Positions 1 to 11,400 of a stretch of 64,000 bases of DNA are shown here, in pieces (the first letter of the stretch is position 1; each line of letters opens with the position of its first letter). A program made the position numbers and the translations under genes. The notes under the pieces are model-generated. The model had not been told where the DNA came from. It saw only the letters and a program-made list of their open reading frames with translations, and searched no databases. The stretch is from positions 744,001 to 808,000 of the forward strand of contig JAQGDQ010000031.1 in the NCBI GenBank assembly GCA_030141605.1. Direction: 5' to 3'. The DNA is from Tubiluchus corallicola (taxonomy: Eukaryota; Animalia; Priapulida).

Positions 1-255
1 GACTTTAAAATTTACAATATGCCAAAAAATTTCAGTGAAAAACTATGAAAACTAAAAATAAGAGTTTTTAATTGTTGCACAGAGCTCATAAAGCTCAAAT
101 TTTTATGCCTATTAGCAGAATAGCTAGGAAGTTTTGTTAAAGATGGAATACAGTAGTTGCATAATATTGCAAAGATAAAACTTAAAAGTCAATGTCAGTT
201 ATTAAAAATGAAATAGTAAAAGAATTGAAGGATCTGGTACTTGTATATTATCTAC

Positions 256-3200
256 CTGTATTGCTTGTAGCTTTGAAATTGCTTGGCCAAATGCTTCTCG
301 TTTTGTTGCATAGTCAACTGCACAATCTAGTGATGCCTGCAAAGAAGTATATTACAATACATCACCAGAATTAAATAAGTATAGTATTAAATTACATCCA
401 ATTAATCCAATATAGTTAGTAAACTATAAACAATATGATTTCTATTGAAATACAGTCATAAGTACATGTACTACACAGTTTGAGAATTTCTGAAAATAAT
501 TCATCATGCTGAAATGTTTGGCTATTATGTCTAACCTAATATCAGTGTTCATTACTTTGTCAATGGTTTAGTAACATTCTGGTATTCACAGTCATACTCC
601 AATTAATGGTTTCTTTGTAAATTATAGTAATAATTGAGACAAACATATTTGTAAATATACATTCAATTACATACAGCCGAATTTAGCTGTAACGCTCCCT
701 TTATAATGCCAACCATACTTAACGCCCAAATTTTTAGCAAAATAAAATGTCTATATTTGCATAGACATGTATATGCATTAATGCACCTCGTTATAATGCC
801 AAACTCGCTTAATATCAACTTTTTTGCAGTCCTAAAGTGGGTATAAAAAGGTTTGACTGTATATATAAAGTAACCAATGTACTAAGTTGCAGTTAAGTAC
901 CTGTGCAATTCCTAATGCTTGAGCTGCAATACCAATTCGTCCAGAATCTAAAGTTTCCTAAAGTGAAAAACAAAAGATTGCATAATTGCTTAATTTCCTA
1001 GCAAAGTTTTATGTAAATAGGGCAAAAATTTAGACTATATAACATGGCTATAATTAATATTGAAGGGACCAAAATGTTGTAATATTTGTAATAAATGCCT
1101 GTTCGAAGCCAAAGAAACATTATTTTAAAACTACAAGGCAGAAAGAAAATAGTGGCAAGCAAAGTAATTACATATATATATATATGTTATAGCTATGTAC
1201 TATTGCAAAATTGGCTAAACTGCAAATTTAGTGGTGCTTATGCTACATTTGCAAAAGAAAGATTCTGCATATGTATATATATATTACACACAACTGTTAA
1301 TGTTAATTAAAGAAAAAAAGCGTGTAAACAAACAACAAATTACTTTTTTACTGAAATTTAACACTAGGCTTTTTACAATGTGTTATAAGGTTTGAGTACA
1401 TACCCAACAGTTTTGTTTATTTTACTTTAAATTTATTTTCAGTTTTGTTGCTTTTCCCCCAATGAAAGCACTCTCAATTTTAAGTAGAATTAAATTATAT
1501 AACAAAAGATGTAAAGTTTTTCAACTGTTTTTTTGTTTTTTGGATGTGATAAAATTCAGAGAATTAGTCCTTTGAATTCTAACTAAATAACTTCTAAAAG
1601 TATATTTTTGATCTACCTAGTACTGTTCATAATTAGATATAGTTGCGTAAGATAAAAAACATACAGATAAAAATAGTCACAACACCAACTTTTTATCATC
1701 TTATTAACATGGCAGCTTACCATTGCTATTTTGAAGCCCATTCCTGGTTCACCCAACAAGTGATCTTCGGTTATAGAACAATCTTCAAAAATCAACGTAG
1801 TCGTAGACGAAGCTTTAATGCCAAGTTTATCTTCCTTTTTACCAATTGATAACCCATCATACGGCTTTGGTGTCAGAAATGCACTAATGCCCTGTAAATA
1901 CATGTACAGAACTCCTACTAGCCACTGCACAAAATATCCATACCTATTATGTACATGAGGATGCAGTCTCTGCAAAACTTCTTGGCTTCGTATCCTTTCC
2001 CTTGAAGAGGTCTTTAGTAAAGAAATTCACCGTATTATTGGTAGTGCACAAATTAGTTGAATTTTTAATACCAAACTTGAAAGACAGAAAATGTAAAGAA
2101 GTCGTAGTTCAGCCTGGATTTGAACCAGGGACCTATACTGCTTACAAGGCTGATGCTTAAACCAAAGCAGTGGCCTAATGGTCTAAGCATCTGCCTCATA
2201 AGCAGAAGAGACACTCTGGTTCAAATTCAGGCAGCATTCTCGCTTCTGATTTCCTGTCTTTAAAGTTTGGTATCAAAATTTAATTAACTTTAAGTTTGTA
2301 ATATCAGTAATAATAATCTTGATGTTACGATTAATTCGCAGCATTATATATTGTCTAAGGTGATACAACACACTAAGATATCCGAATATTAATCTGTCCT
2401 ATAATATGGCATCAGACAAAAGCTGTTTAAGTTGTTTTTTCTTGTATTACAGCAGACATATAATACCAGAAGGCATGAATACTTTACGAGAATAATAAAA
2501 GAAACGCAATACGTTCATTTACATCAAACTATAATCTAATTTAATGTTATTGTTGCTAAAATTATAAGAGCACCTTATGCTTTTGAGATTTGTCAGTAGT
2601 TGCAAACAAGAGCACACCCTCTGCTTCGTAACCATTAGTAATCCATGCTTTTGTCCCATTTAAAATCCACTTTCCACCATGTGACTTGGCTGTTGTAGAA
2701 GCCGCACCAGCATCACTTCCATTGCCTATAACAACAGTCACTTTTTTACAGTGAAGTTTATTTAGGAGAAAATAAATACAATCTTGTTAACTTGTACCAG
2801 CCAGTGGGTTTTTATATTAAGCAGTAAACATTTAAAACCAGACAAGACAAATTTTAGCAGTGTTAAAGTAAAATAATGTAAGACAATAAAGTGCTGCAGC
2901 AAGTTGCAACCCTGGTGTTAAAAAGAAATGCTAAATTAAATATAAAGAACAACATTAAGGAAGTGAATTATTGGATCACAAACTTTACAAACAAATCGGA
3001 ATTTTAACCAGAACTTAAAGCACTGACATCTTTTGCATGAGACTTTTGCCAAAATATAGCGTAATTTGTTGGTGAGCTTGATCAAACTGGAATTTTGAAA
3101 AAAAAATAAAAAGCACAGCATTTGTAAAACTTGTGTAAGACACAAACAATGATGATGGTTGTTGAAATTAAAAAATGTTTTGAGTGGTATGCATATTTTT

Positions 3201-5827
3201 GGCTTTTATTGTTGCAACACATACAAAATGTCTTCCTAAAGTATGGTATTCCTGCAGCACCAGATGCAAAGGTAACAAATTTAACATGTATGCACAAGTT
3301 AGTATAAACACATTTAAAATTAATTATACTGCATTTTACGTCAGTTAATCAGTTAGTTGGTTCTGTAACAATAGTTTAAATACTTTCTTCGACTTTCAAA
3401 AGGAAAAATTATTATCTGTGCTTAGTACATGAATGATGCAGCATAATTACCTGGTTCACTAAGTGCAAAGCATCCCACCTTGTCGCCATTCATAAACGGT
3501 TTGACATACTTTTGCTTTTGCTCTTCTGTTCCGTATTTGCATATAGGACCCAAGTATAATGACTGTGATAATACATTCACATACTTTAGTTATAGGCTTA
3601 TCAACAGCTCAATAGCTAAAACGCACAAATTTCTTTTAAAAGAGAAGTGCGTCTGGGATAAACGATTTCACATACCCTGCCCAGCAAACTCCTAGTAGAA
3701 GAGAGTAGTTTTTGAACAGGTTTGGATTAGTTTACCAATTTGCCTAGCAGATTGTATTGGACTGTACAGGCAATAGGTTTCTAACCAATCTCTCTAGCTA
3801 ATCCAAACTCCCTCTAGCTTACCCAAATCCCAGACAGCACTTGTTGATGAGACAAAAGGTGAATACTTAAAGAGATGAATATAGCTTTGCTATTTTTCAC
3901 ATGATACACAGTGCTATAGTAGGCAGCTCTCTCAGCTTGGTAAAAGAAACTATTTGTGAATAATCAAACAGATTTACTTTAAAACTACTGAAAATTTATA
4001 AAATAGTGCTCTTCTGGGACATGCCATGGTCATAATCATAAAGAAGTCAAAGTGTCCATTAATTCTAAAAAAAAATTTTTCTCAATTTTTTAATTTTTTA
4101 CAGGAGTCAACGGTTTAGGAAGAGCAGGTTGCTAGGCACTGCAGTTAAAAAATAAAAAACTTTTGAAACTCAATGGACACTTTGACTTCACTATTGTAAA
4201 TTTATTGTTAAAATGTGTATTTAGAATATGAAAATATATGTCATTTAGCACACATATTATTAAAATCTACAACAAAGTTTCACCACACACACTAAAATGA
4301 TCTAATTCACACACCTAGTCAAGAATATTTGTAACATATCATACAGAATGCTTGCATAGTACAGCTTCTCTCTTCAACTTACATTATTTACACTCATAAT
4401 AACGCCAGCAGATGCACATCCACGACTAATCTCCTCCATAGCTATGCTATACGCAAGGTAATCAAGTCCACTGCCTCCATAGGTTTCTGGTACATTGAGT
4501 GCCATGAGTCCAAGTTCACCCATCTTTTTAATCTGAAATAAATCAATCTTATATAGAGATGAACACGTGAATTGAGTCCACTTACACTGTCACTTACAGG
4601 CCTAACAAATATTTTATAAGTAACTCACTAATTTCATCATCATTTTTCTTTGCTACTAACTGACTAATAACTATAACTTTGTGATAAACTCTTACTAAAT
4701 ACAGTAGGCAATGCTTAATAGGTTCATTATGGGGTGGAAGTGTTTTGACCTTAACAGGCTGAATCTATTAGCCAACAGGTGTAGCATTACTAGTATAGAC
4801 TTACCAGTCATCACTCTTCAGCAAGTATTCACTGCAAAGGCTGCAAGAGCTTTAAATATTAAGACTTTATTAGGTCTCTTTTAGGTACTTATGTTCTACT
4901 ATGTATTTTAAAATTTATACTCTTAGTTGCTCTATGATATTCACACTAGTAAGGTCGCAAAGAATTCTGACAGATTACTGACATTGCATACATAGTATCA
5001 CGGCAATAGTCAACTGACTAAATGCTGAAAAGCAGGAAGATCTTCAAAAGGAAACCATTAGGCAAGTGATTAAAATTTGAGCTTCCATAAATTCTTGGGC
5101 AACAAAGTTAACTGCAGCATAGTGGGTTACAGATTCAAAGCAAAACTGCTAGCTAGCACATTAGAGCATGATAAGCAAAGAAAACGCTACTTAACATGGT
5201 TGCTTCAATGTACGTTATTATGTTACAGTGAACAAAAGTGCTCGCACCTGTAAAAAGTAGTAAAAGCTGTTTGGTCACGTACAAGTATCTTATTTTAAGT
5301 ACGTGAAGCAAAATATTGAGTCAATTACGCAGAGTTTTTTTAGTCAACTGCCGACAGTTTTCATATACATTCAAATAGGCGTGGCCCATATCAGACATTT
5401 TTGACACAATTAAGCAAATCATTCTATTAACCGTAACTCTAACAAACGTCACCTACTGTAATTGAGATTTTTTTGAGTCTGCATTAGAAGTTTTATGTTG
5501 TCATGCTGATCTACAGCAGAGATATAAAACAGTATGGATTGAGGTGAACCACATTTGACATCGTTTCTGATAGGTATGCTATATTTATTATTTCAATGCA
5601 CCTGCAATAAAACTGACACCAAACTCTTCTTAGAACATTTCTTATACCTGTAGTTACCTGTTCTTTTGGATACTTGTGTTCTCTGTCATTTTGTGCAGCA
5701 ACAGGTTTCAGTTCATTTTCAGCAAAGTCACGGCATGTTTTACGTAACATCTGATGAGTGTCTGACAGTTGTGCCAAGGAATACAGAGAACGCAACTGTC
5801 GACTGCATCGAGCACGAGGCACGTAAT
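256..5827 (-). CDS. ACADS: Short-chain acyl-CoA dehydrogenase, mitochondrial (3' part lies beyond the left edge; start codon unresolved)
   Basis: GT-AG exons in phase: 5658-5827, 4383-4532, 3451-3562, 2574-2725, 1721-1891, 901-957, 256-336. Peptides [92 protein letters not shown] match SCAD. Confidence 0.95.
674..859. mobile_element. Tc1/mariner(pogo)-type MITE, family A copy 1
   Basis: TA|CAGCCGAA...TTTGACTG|TA; homologous to 11441-11614 and 34365-34480. Confidence 0.7.
2033..2316. mobile_element. Inverted (head-to-head) dimer of a tRNA-derived SINE
   Basis: B-boxes on opposite strands (2116-2126 on -, 2218-2228 on +), A-box at 2171-2181, CAT anticodon arm at 2190-2206. Mirrored bodies ATACCAAACTTGAAAGACAG and CTGTCTTTAAAGTTTGGTAT. 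Confidence 0.7.
4043..4189. mobile_element. Small MITE-like inverted repeat
   Basis: Perfect 18-bp inverted repeat GAAGTCAAAGTGTCCATT (4043-4060 and 4172-4189). Similar TAGTGAAGT termini flank 47027-47309. Confidence 0.55.
4702..5458. mobile_element. Tigger/pogo-like non-autonomous DNA transposon, family B copy 1
   Basis: TA|CAGTAGG...CCTACTG|TA; colinear homology to 25173-25811 and partial copy near 21108-21250. Confidence 0.8.
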
Positions 5828-6306
5828 CTGAAATGTTAGATACTCAAAACAAAAGAGAAGAAATGATTCATTTAAGAGACAAAGGGAATAGTTGAATGAT
5901 CATAATCGTTTGGTTGCAAAGTTAAGGAGCACTGGTTCTGGTTATGGACGAGTGAACAAAGGGTGAGTTGCTCCTGGGCGGTTTCCAGTTCCTGTGGACC
6001 CTGTTCCAAACTTCAGAACCCTGTGTACTGGTCTGTAAATTGAAATTATTTCACTCACACATCTAAAATTTTACAAAATTGGTGTTAAAACAGAAATTTC
6101 GTGACTTCTACTTGCTCCCTGATCCCAATTGCAATATTGTTAACTTAGCGGAATGATTATGATGTTATATTATTAATTTAAATTAAAAAACGTTAAAGGA
6201 AAACCGGATGATTGTGTAAACATGAGTTCAGAATAAAGAATGCTCTAAAATATTGAAAACTACAATAGCCTATTTTAAATCAAAACTTAGATTAAATAAT
6301 AATTAC

Positions 6307-6568
6307 CTCGGATACTCAAATTTCGTTAAACTTTCAAAGCTACGAACGGCTCAGTGAATCTACTAAGGTTGGCAGCGGCGCCTATTTGTCACATTCGCGT
6401 GGCCGACAAGTAGAAGGCGGTACCGTGATAAGCATGATAATGAACTGCTGTGTTAGTTTCTGGCATCACATGATCTAGAGCCCATTTTTCGTGACATCAT
6501 GCGTTTGAATGTGCTTGACGCGCAAGGGAAGACGCCTGCCATTCCACATTCTGTGGTTATTATTTGAC
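6307..6568. promoter_or_regulatory. Putative bidirectional promoter and first exons of ACADS (-) and MAN2C1 (+)
   Basis: CpG-richer patch bounded by outward-facing donors CGAG|GTAATT (-, 6307) and TGAC|GTAAGC (+, 6568). Both downstream coding exons begin at acceptors, so each needs an upstream exon. Confidence 0.55.
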
Positions 6569-7065
6569 GTAAGCAATAGCTGTGTTCGGTTGCCATTAAT
6601 TAACTTTCTAAGCTAATTATTCAAATATAAGGAACAATTACTAACTTTTATACGCAAGAGAATGTATATTTTGGACAGTAAATTAAAATGAAATTGAGTC
6701 TAAACAATCGTCTGGTCTTCCTTTAATTTAATGTTTTAAAATAAGTGACCAAGATGTCTTTCGTTGCTTCTTCTCAGCAGACAAACTGTAGTGACATTGA
6801 CGTTATTTTTTCAACACTATATTCTTTCAAATTAATGTTATGAGAATGAAATTAAACTCAATTGAAGACTAACTGTTTAACTCGTAGGTTAAGGAAAAAG
6901 TTTTGCAGCTCGATGCACAAAAAGAGATGGCTTTCCTAGCACAGGCAGCGTTCATTTTATCAGGTGATTAAACTGCACTAGCATTAGACAGTCCAAGCAA
7001 GCAAACTAAGAAATTATACAGAAAATTACTTGACAAAAAACACGTAAACAGTGCAGCAGCACTAC

Positions 7066-8010
7066 TGTTGGGAGCCGTTTGGACCACTGCGCCAAGTAGA
7101 CCAATTGGTCTACTTGGGCTAGCCCATGTAGACCGCGGTCTACTTAGGCTAGCCCAAGTAGGACACTAGAGACAGGTCGTGAATTCAGTCGTTAAGTGTA
7201 CTGACACCGTCCGTTGTGCTTGTTTATGTAATAATAATAATTAAAAACGTTAATACACGTTGAATAATTTATTATACATCTAATAAAATAAAAGAATTTT
7301 ATTCTGAGCTGGTAGAACGGACAATATTAAATTTGGTTTCGATATTAATGTTGTTGAAGTGAAAAAACCTCACTTTTTTGCGAATTCAACATTTGTTTAA
7401 GGTATATCATTTTTGATTTTGTCTCACTTCACAAACAGGTGATCGGTTCCACTACCTCTTGGGCAAATAATTGTTTTCTTATAAGTAAACGTTCTAGCGA
7501 TCTATGTGTCCTACATGGGCTAGCGAGCCATGTAGGACAGTGCCCTACTTGTTACAATACTACTGATAATATTAAAACTAATTATCCTTGCTTTTCTTAA
7601 ATGTTAAAAATTACTTTTTGGTGTTGTGAAGGCTTAGCAGCATCTATCTCATTTTTAAATTTGCAATTATTTCTGTAATAACTGTGTGCAGAATTTCTCT
7701 CTTTAAAGCATTAGATACTAGGTTTAATGTTATGATATATTAATGGAGTTAATCATAATGATGAAATTATTGTAAGAAATGCATTTGTCAATTGCCAAGG
7801 AATATCCATTTCTAAAAGAAATTTTGTTTTATGCTTTATTATGTCATAACAATACTTATAAACAATGGTAATATAAACTGGAAACAAGTTTTGCCAGAGC
7901 AAGTTTCTCGACAAAAATCGCTAGTGTCCTACTTGGGCTGCCCATGTAGGACACTACTTTTAGCGCATCAAGTGGTCTACTTGGCGCAGTGGTCCAAACG
8001 GCTCCCAACA
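7066..8010. mobile_element. Non-autonomous TIR element with TGT...ACA ends (Ginger-like), in the MAN2C1 5'-UTR intron
   Basis: Perfect 38-bp TIR TGTTGGGAGCCGTTTGGACCACTGCGCCAAGTAGACCA; 5-bp TSD ACTAC at 7061-7065 and 8011-8015; subterminal palindromic modules. Superfamily is inferred from the ends only. Confidence 0.85.
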
Positions 8011-8496
8011 ACTACGTCAACGGAATATGTGGAAATCATTTTTAGGGTCTGTGAAGTTGTTTAAGTTCTGTTGATAACCCATATTGCCCTTAAACATGTG
8101 TCCGATAGTGAAGTCTATGTTTATTAAGTATTGAAAGCAGTAAGCCAGTACGTTAAAGCTACGATGAAATATAGAAAATATTTGGGAAGATTTAGAAGAA
8201 TAGTAGCGAATCTGAAGTACAAACCAAAGCAGGAAAAGAAAGGAAATCAGTGAAGAGTGTCCTGACAGGCACATTTGTGCAGGCTCGTTCAATAGGATTA
8301 GGAAAGAGGAGGGTCCTGAGTAAGCACCAGCACCAGTAATCAAGTACCGTTAATATTTTTTAAAATTTTTATCTACTAGTGTGGAATTTACTTCGTTCTC
8401 TTCGAAATTCATTCGTTATCAGTCTATAATCAATTTCATTGTTAAAAATTGAAATTGTGTTTATGTTATTGATTTAATTTTCTCATCTTTTCAGTA

Positions 8497-11400
8497 ATGG
8501 ACATACCAAACATAAAGAATAGACGGACTGCCTTAGAGAGAATAGAAAAATTTTTATCAGAAGTTTATTTTGTTGATGTCAATTTAGCAGGAAAGTAAGT
8601 GTTAAAATACAAAGTATGTGCACTCATATGCTATAATGTAGTTCAACATATTTTGTGAAATGTGAACTAGGGGTACTCCCACATTGGACTAGCTACATAT
8701 CAGTTAATATACATCACAAACTTTTGGTTGCTGCTTATTGGTATGAAACAGTTGATTGTCTTAAATGAATGAAACCAGTAGGCAGGCGTATATCATTCAC
8801 ATGTGACCATTAATGCACTCTTTGTAATATAAATTATCAAATACTTGCGTGTTACTTTTGCATTTGATTGTCACCAGTACAGTATATACATGTACAAGCA
8901 TCATAAGTGTAGGACTTAACAGACAAAAGGAAATTTGCTTCCCATTTACTAACTACCTATAATGCTTGTATTGGGAGTTATGAGTTCATTTTCAAATACA
9001 GGTTATACTCTGCTAAACAAAAAATCGACAATGTCTGCTATTACTCACCAGCTGAGAGACTAACTTATGAAGAGGCACTGAAGGGTGACTGGAGACAAGT
9101 AACACCTGGACAAAAGTTTGGGCCAACGTAAGTTAAATTTTTTTGTTTGTTTTTTGTCATCATCAGTGAGGATGCCCTGCTCGTTTTGTTCTTGGCACTT
9201 TCTGACACTGTGAGCAAAAAAAATCAAGAAAAAACTAAAACGAAATAGTTTGCATGACTTTTAATTAAATGCATTTGACAGCATAATAGCTGAAACTGAG
9301 CATCTGTTTGAAATTTACATCGTCGGTCAGGTTCCCAAGTGGTTTTTGTGGCTTTGTGAGTGATAGATTCTACATAAGACAAAATAGAACTTATCACTTC
9401 CAGCTGTGATGACATTGTGTAATATTGCCAGTTTAGCAGTTTACGTAATTTGTAATAATTTTTTATGGAATGAAAGTTGGAGTACTCATTGGTTTCGACT
9501 GAAATTCTCCATTCCTGAATTATGGCTAAAGCAGGAAGTCAGGTTGCGTTGGAACTCTGGATGTGAAGCCATGGTGTGGAAAGACGGGAACCCTTTACAG
9601 GTGCATATTTGGAAACATTTATTCCGTTTCTGCTTCTTTTTTGCACTCTTTACTTTCATTCATACCTTTATCATCAAAAGCATAATATCCAATAGTTGCC
9701 ATAAAATCATCTGTCACATCTGGTCTATCTTAGTTTTATCATTTTCGTTTTAGGGTTTATCTGGTGGAGCTGGTAAAAGGACTGATTTTATTTTGTCTAC
9801 CTGCTTGAAGAGCAATGAACTTTCGTATGTTCTCTTTACATTTTATTATGTGTTAAAAGTATTTTGTGTAATTGAATTATGTGGAACTTTAATAAGACAA
9901 ACATTATATTAATAAAACAACAGCCAAATGACTGAGTAAATAAGAAAAAAAACACTAACACATGCACTCATACATTGAGGCCTCATTCCTACATTGAATA
10001 GCATAAAGGCTAATTCCTACAGTGAATAGCATAACGGCTAATTAAAGGCAGCAGGTGCCCAACCAGGAGTTGAACTTAGAGCTTTGCATTTCAGGATGCA
10101 CACTGTGCCAAACTGAGCTACTGGACCAATTTAGCAGAGCTGTTTGCTAAGTTCAATCATTCAAATTATCATTCAGTTAATCATTCAAAGTCATGCAGTA
10201 ATCTATTATGCTATTTTGAATATACTCTGTACCATTCAATAGTGGTAGTTGACTAGGAATCTTTGCACCTATCTATGGGGCATCCAAAGCACACATAAGA
10301 GTTATCATTCTTCTTCTTCCCAGCTTTTCCCTATTCGGGGTCGCCGTTGTGAATGAGTCTTCTCCACGCATTCCTGTTGTTGACCATCTCTTCATTTATG
10401 TCTTCAATTCCCACAAGATCTTCACCGACTCTTCTCTTCAGGTGTCCATACCATCGCAGTCTTGCGAGGCTTCCCCTACTTTTACTGTTCCTCTGATATT
10501 ATTATTTCTAATTTTTCTTCTTCTTGTTATTCCCATCATTCATCTCAATATCCTCACCTCCACCACACCCATTTTCTTCTCTTTGGTCTTCTTTAGAGAA
10601 GGTGCTTCCAGCCCATAGATTCGAGCGGGTCTGACCATTTCTTTGTGGACTTTCCCTTTAAGTCTCACCGACTCATTCATAGAAGGTTTTGGCACAGTTT
10701 TTACAGGCGGATGCCCTTCCTGACCCTAACCCTCCCTATTTATCCGGGCTTGGGACCGGCACTGAGTTGGGACACATGTTTCGTGGCACATGCTCTGCCA
10801 TTTGAGCGACTGACTCGACATGGCGAGGCTGGTCTGACCTCTCACCCTGCTAATGCATATACACAAACTTGGTAATTTTACAGGAAGTCAGAACTACGCA
10901 ATCTTACATTGACAACATCATTAAATCTACCCAACAATTACGAATACTAGAAAATTTTAGAGTAATAGAATTTAGAATAATAAAAACATGGAGACTATCT
11001 CATTTATAGCACATATTTTTGTTGCATACGGGTTCTCAACCATTACAAGAGCACAGCTTGCTAATAAGCTACTAATAAAGTTGGTCATCACTTAAGAAAC
11101 TTTCTTTAACTTTAAACTTTCTGTAATTTAATCTTGCAAATGATTAATAACAGTATATAAAATCGTAAATAGTGGCTGAACACTAAAATGTTACACTTAT
11201 CAATTGTAGTATTACGTAACTATTAAGTATTACCTGCAGATAAAAAACATTTTTTGCAGCTTAATTTTCTGCAACCCTAAAGTTTTAATTGAGTGCAATT
11301 TTCAAAGATTATTATTATTGTTTGTTACACGGGTTTTCTGAATGTGCATTACATTAGTGTCAGTGAGCTACTAGTAAATTAAATATCGCTTGAAAGACTG

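Noticed and set aside
2167-2240. Functional tRNA-Met gene
   Set aside because: Acceptor stem pairs only about 5/7, there is no oligo-T terminator, and it is attached to a body mirrored on the other strand, so it is SINE-derived.
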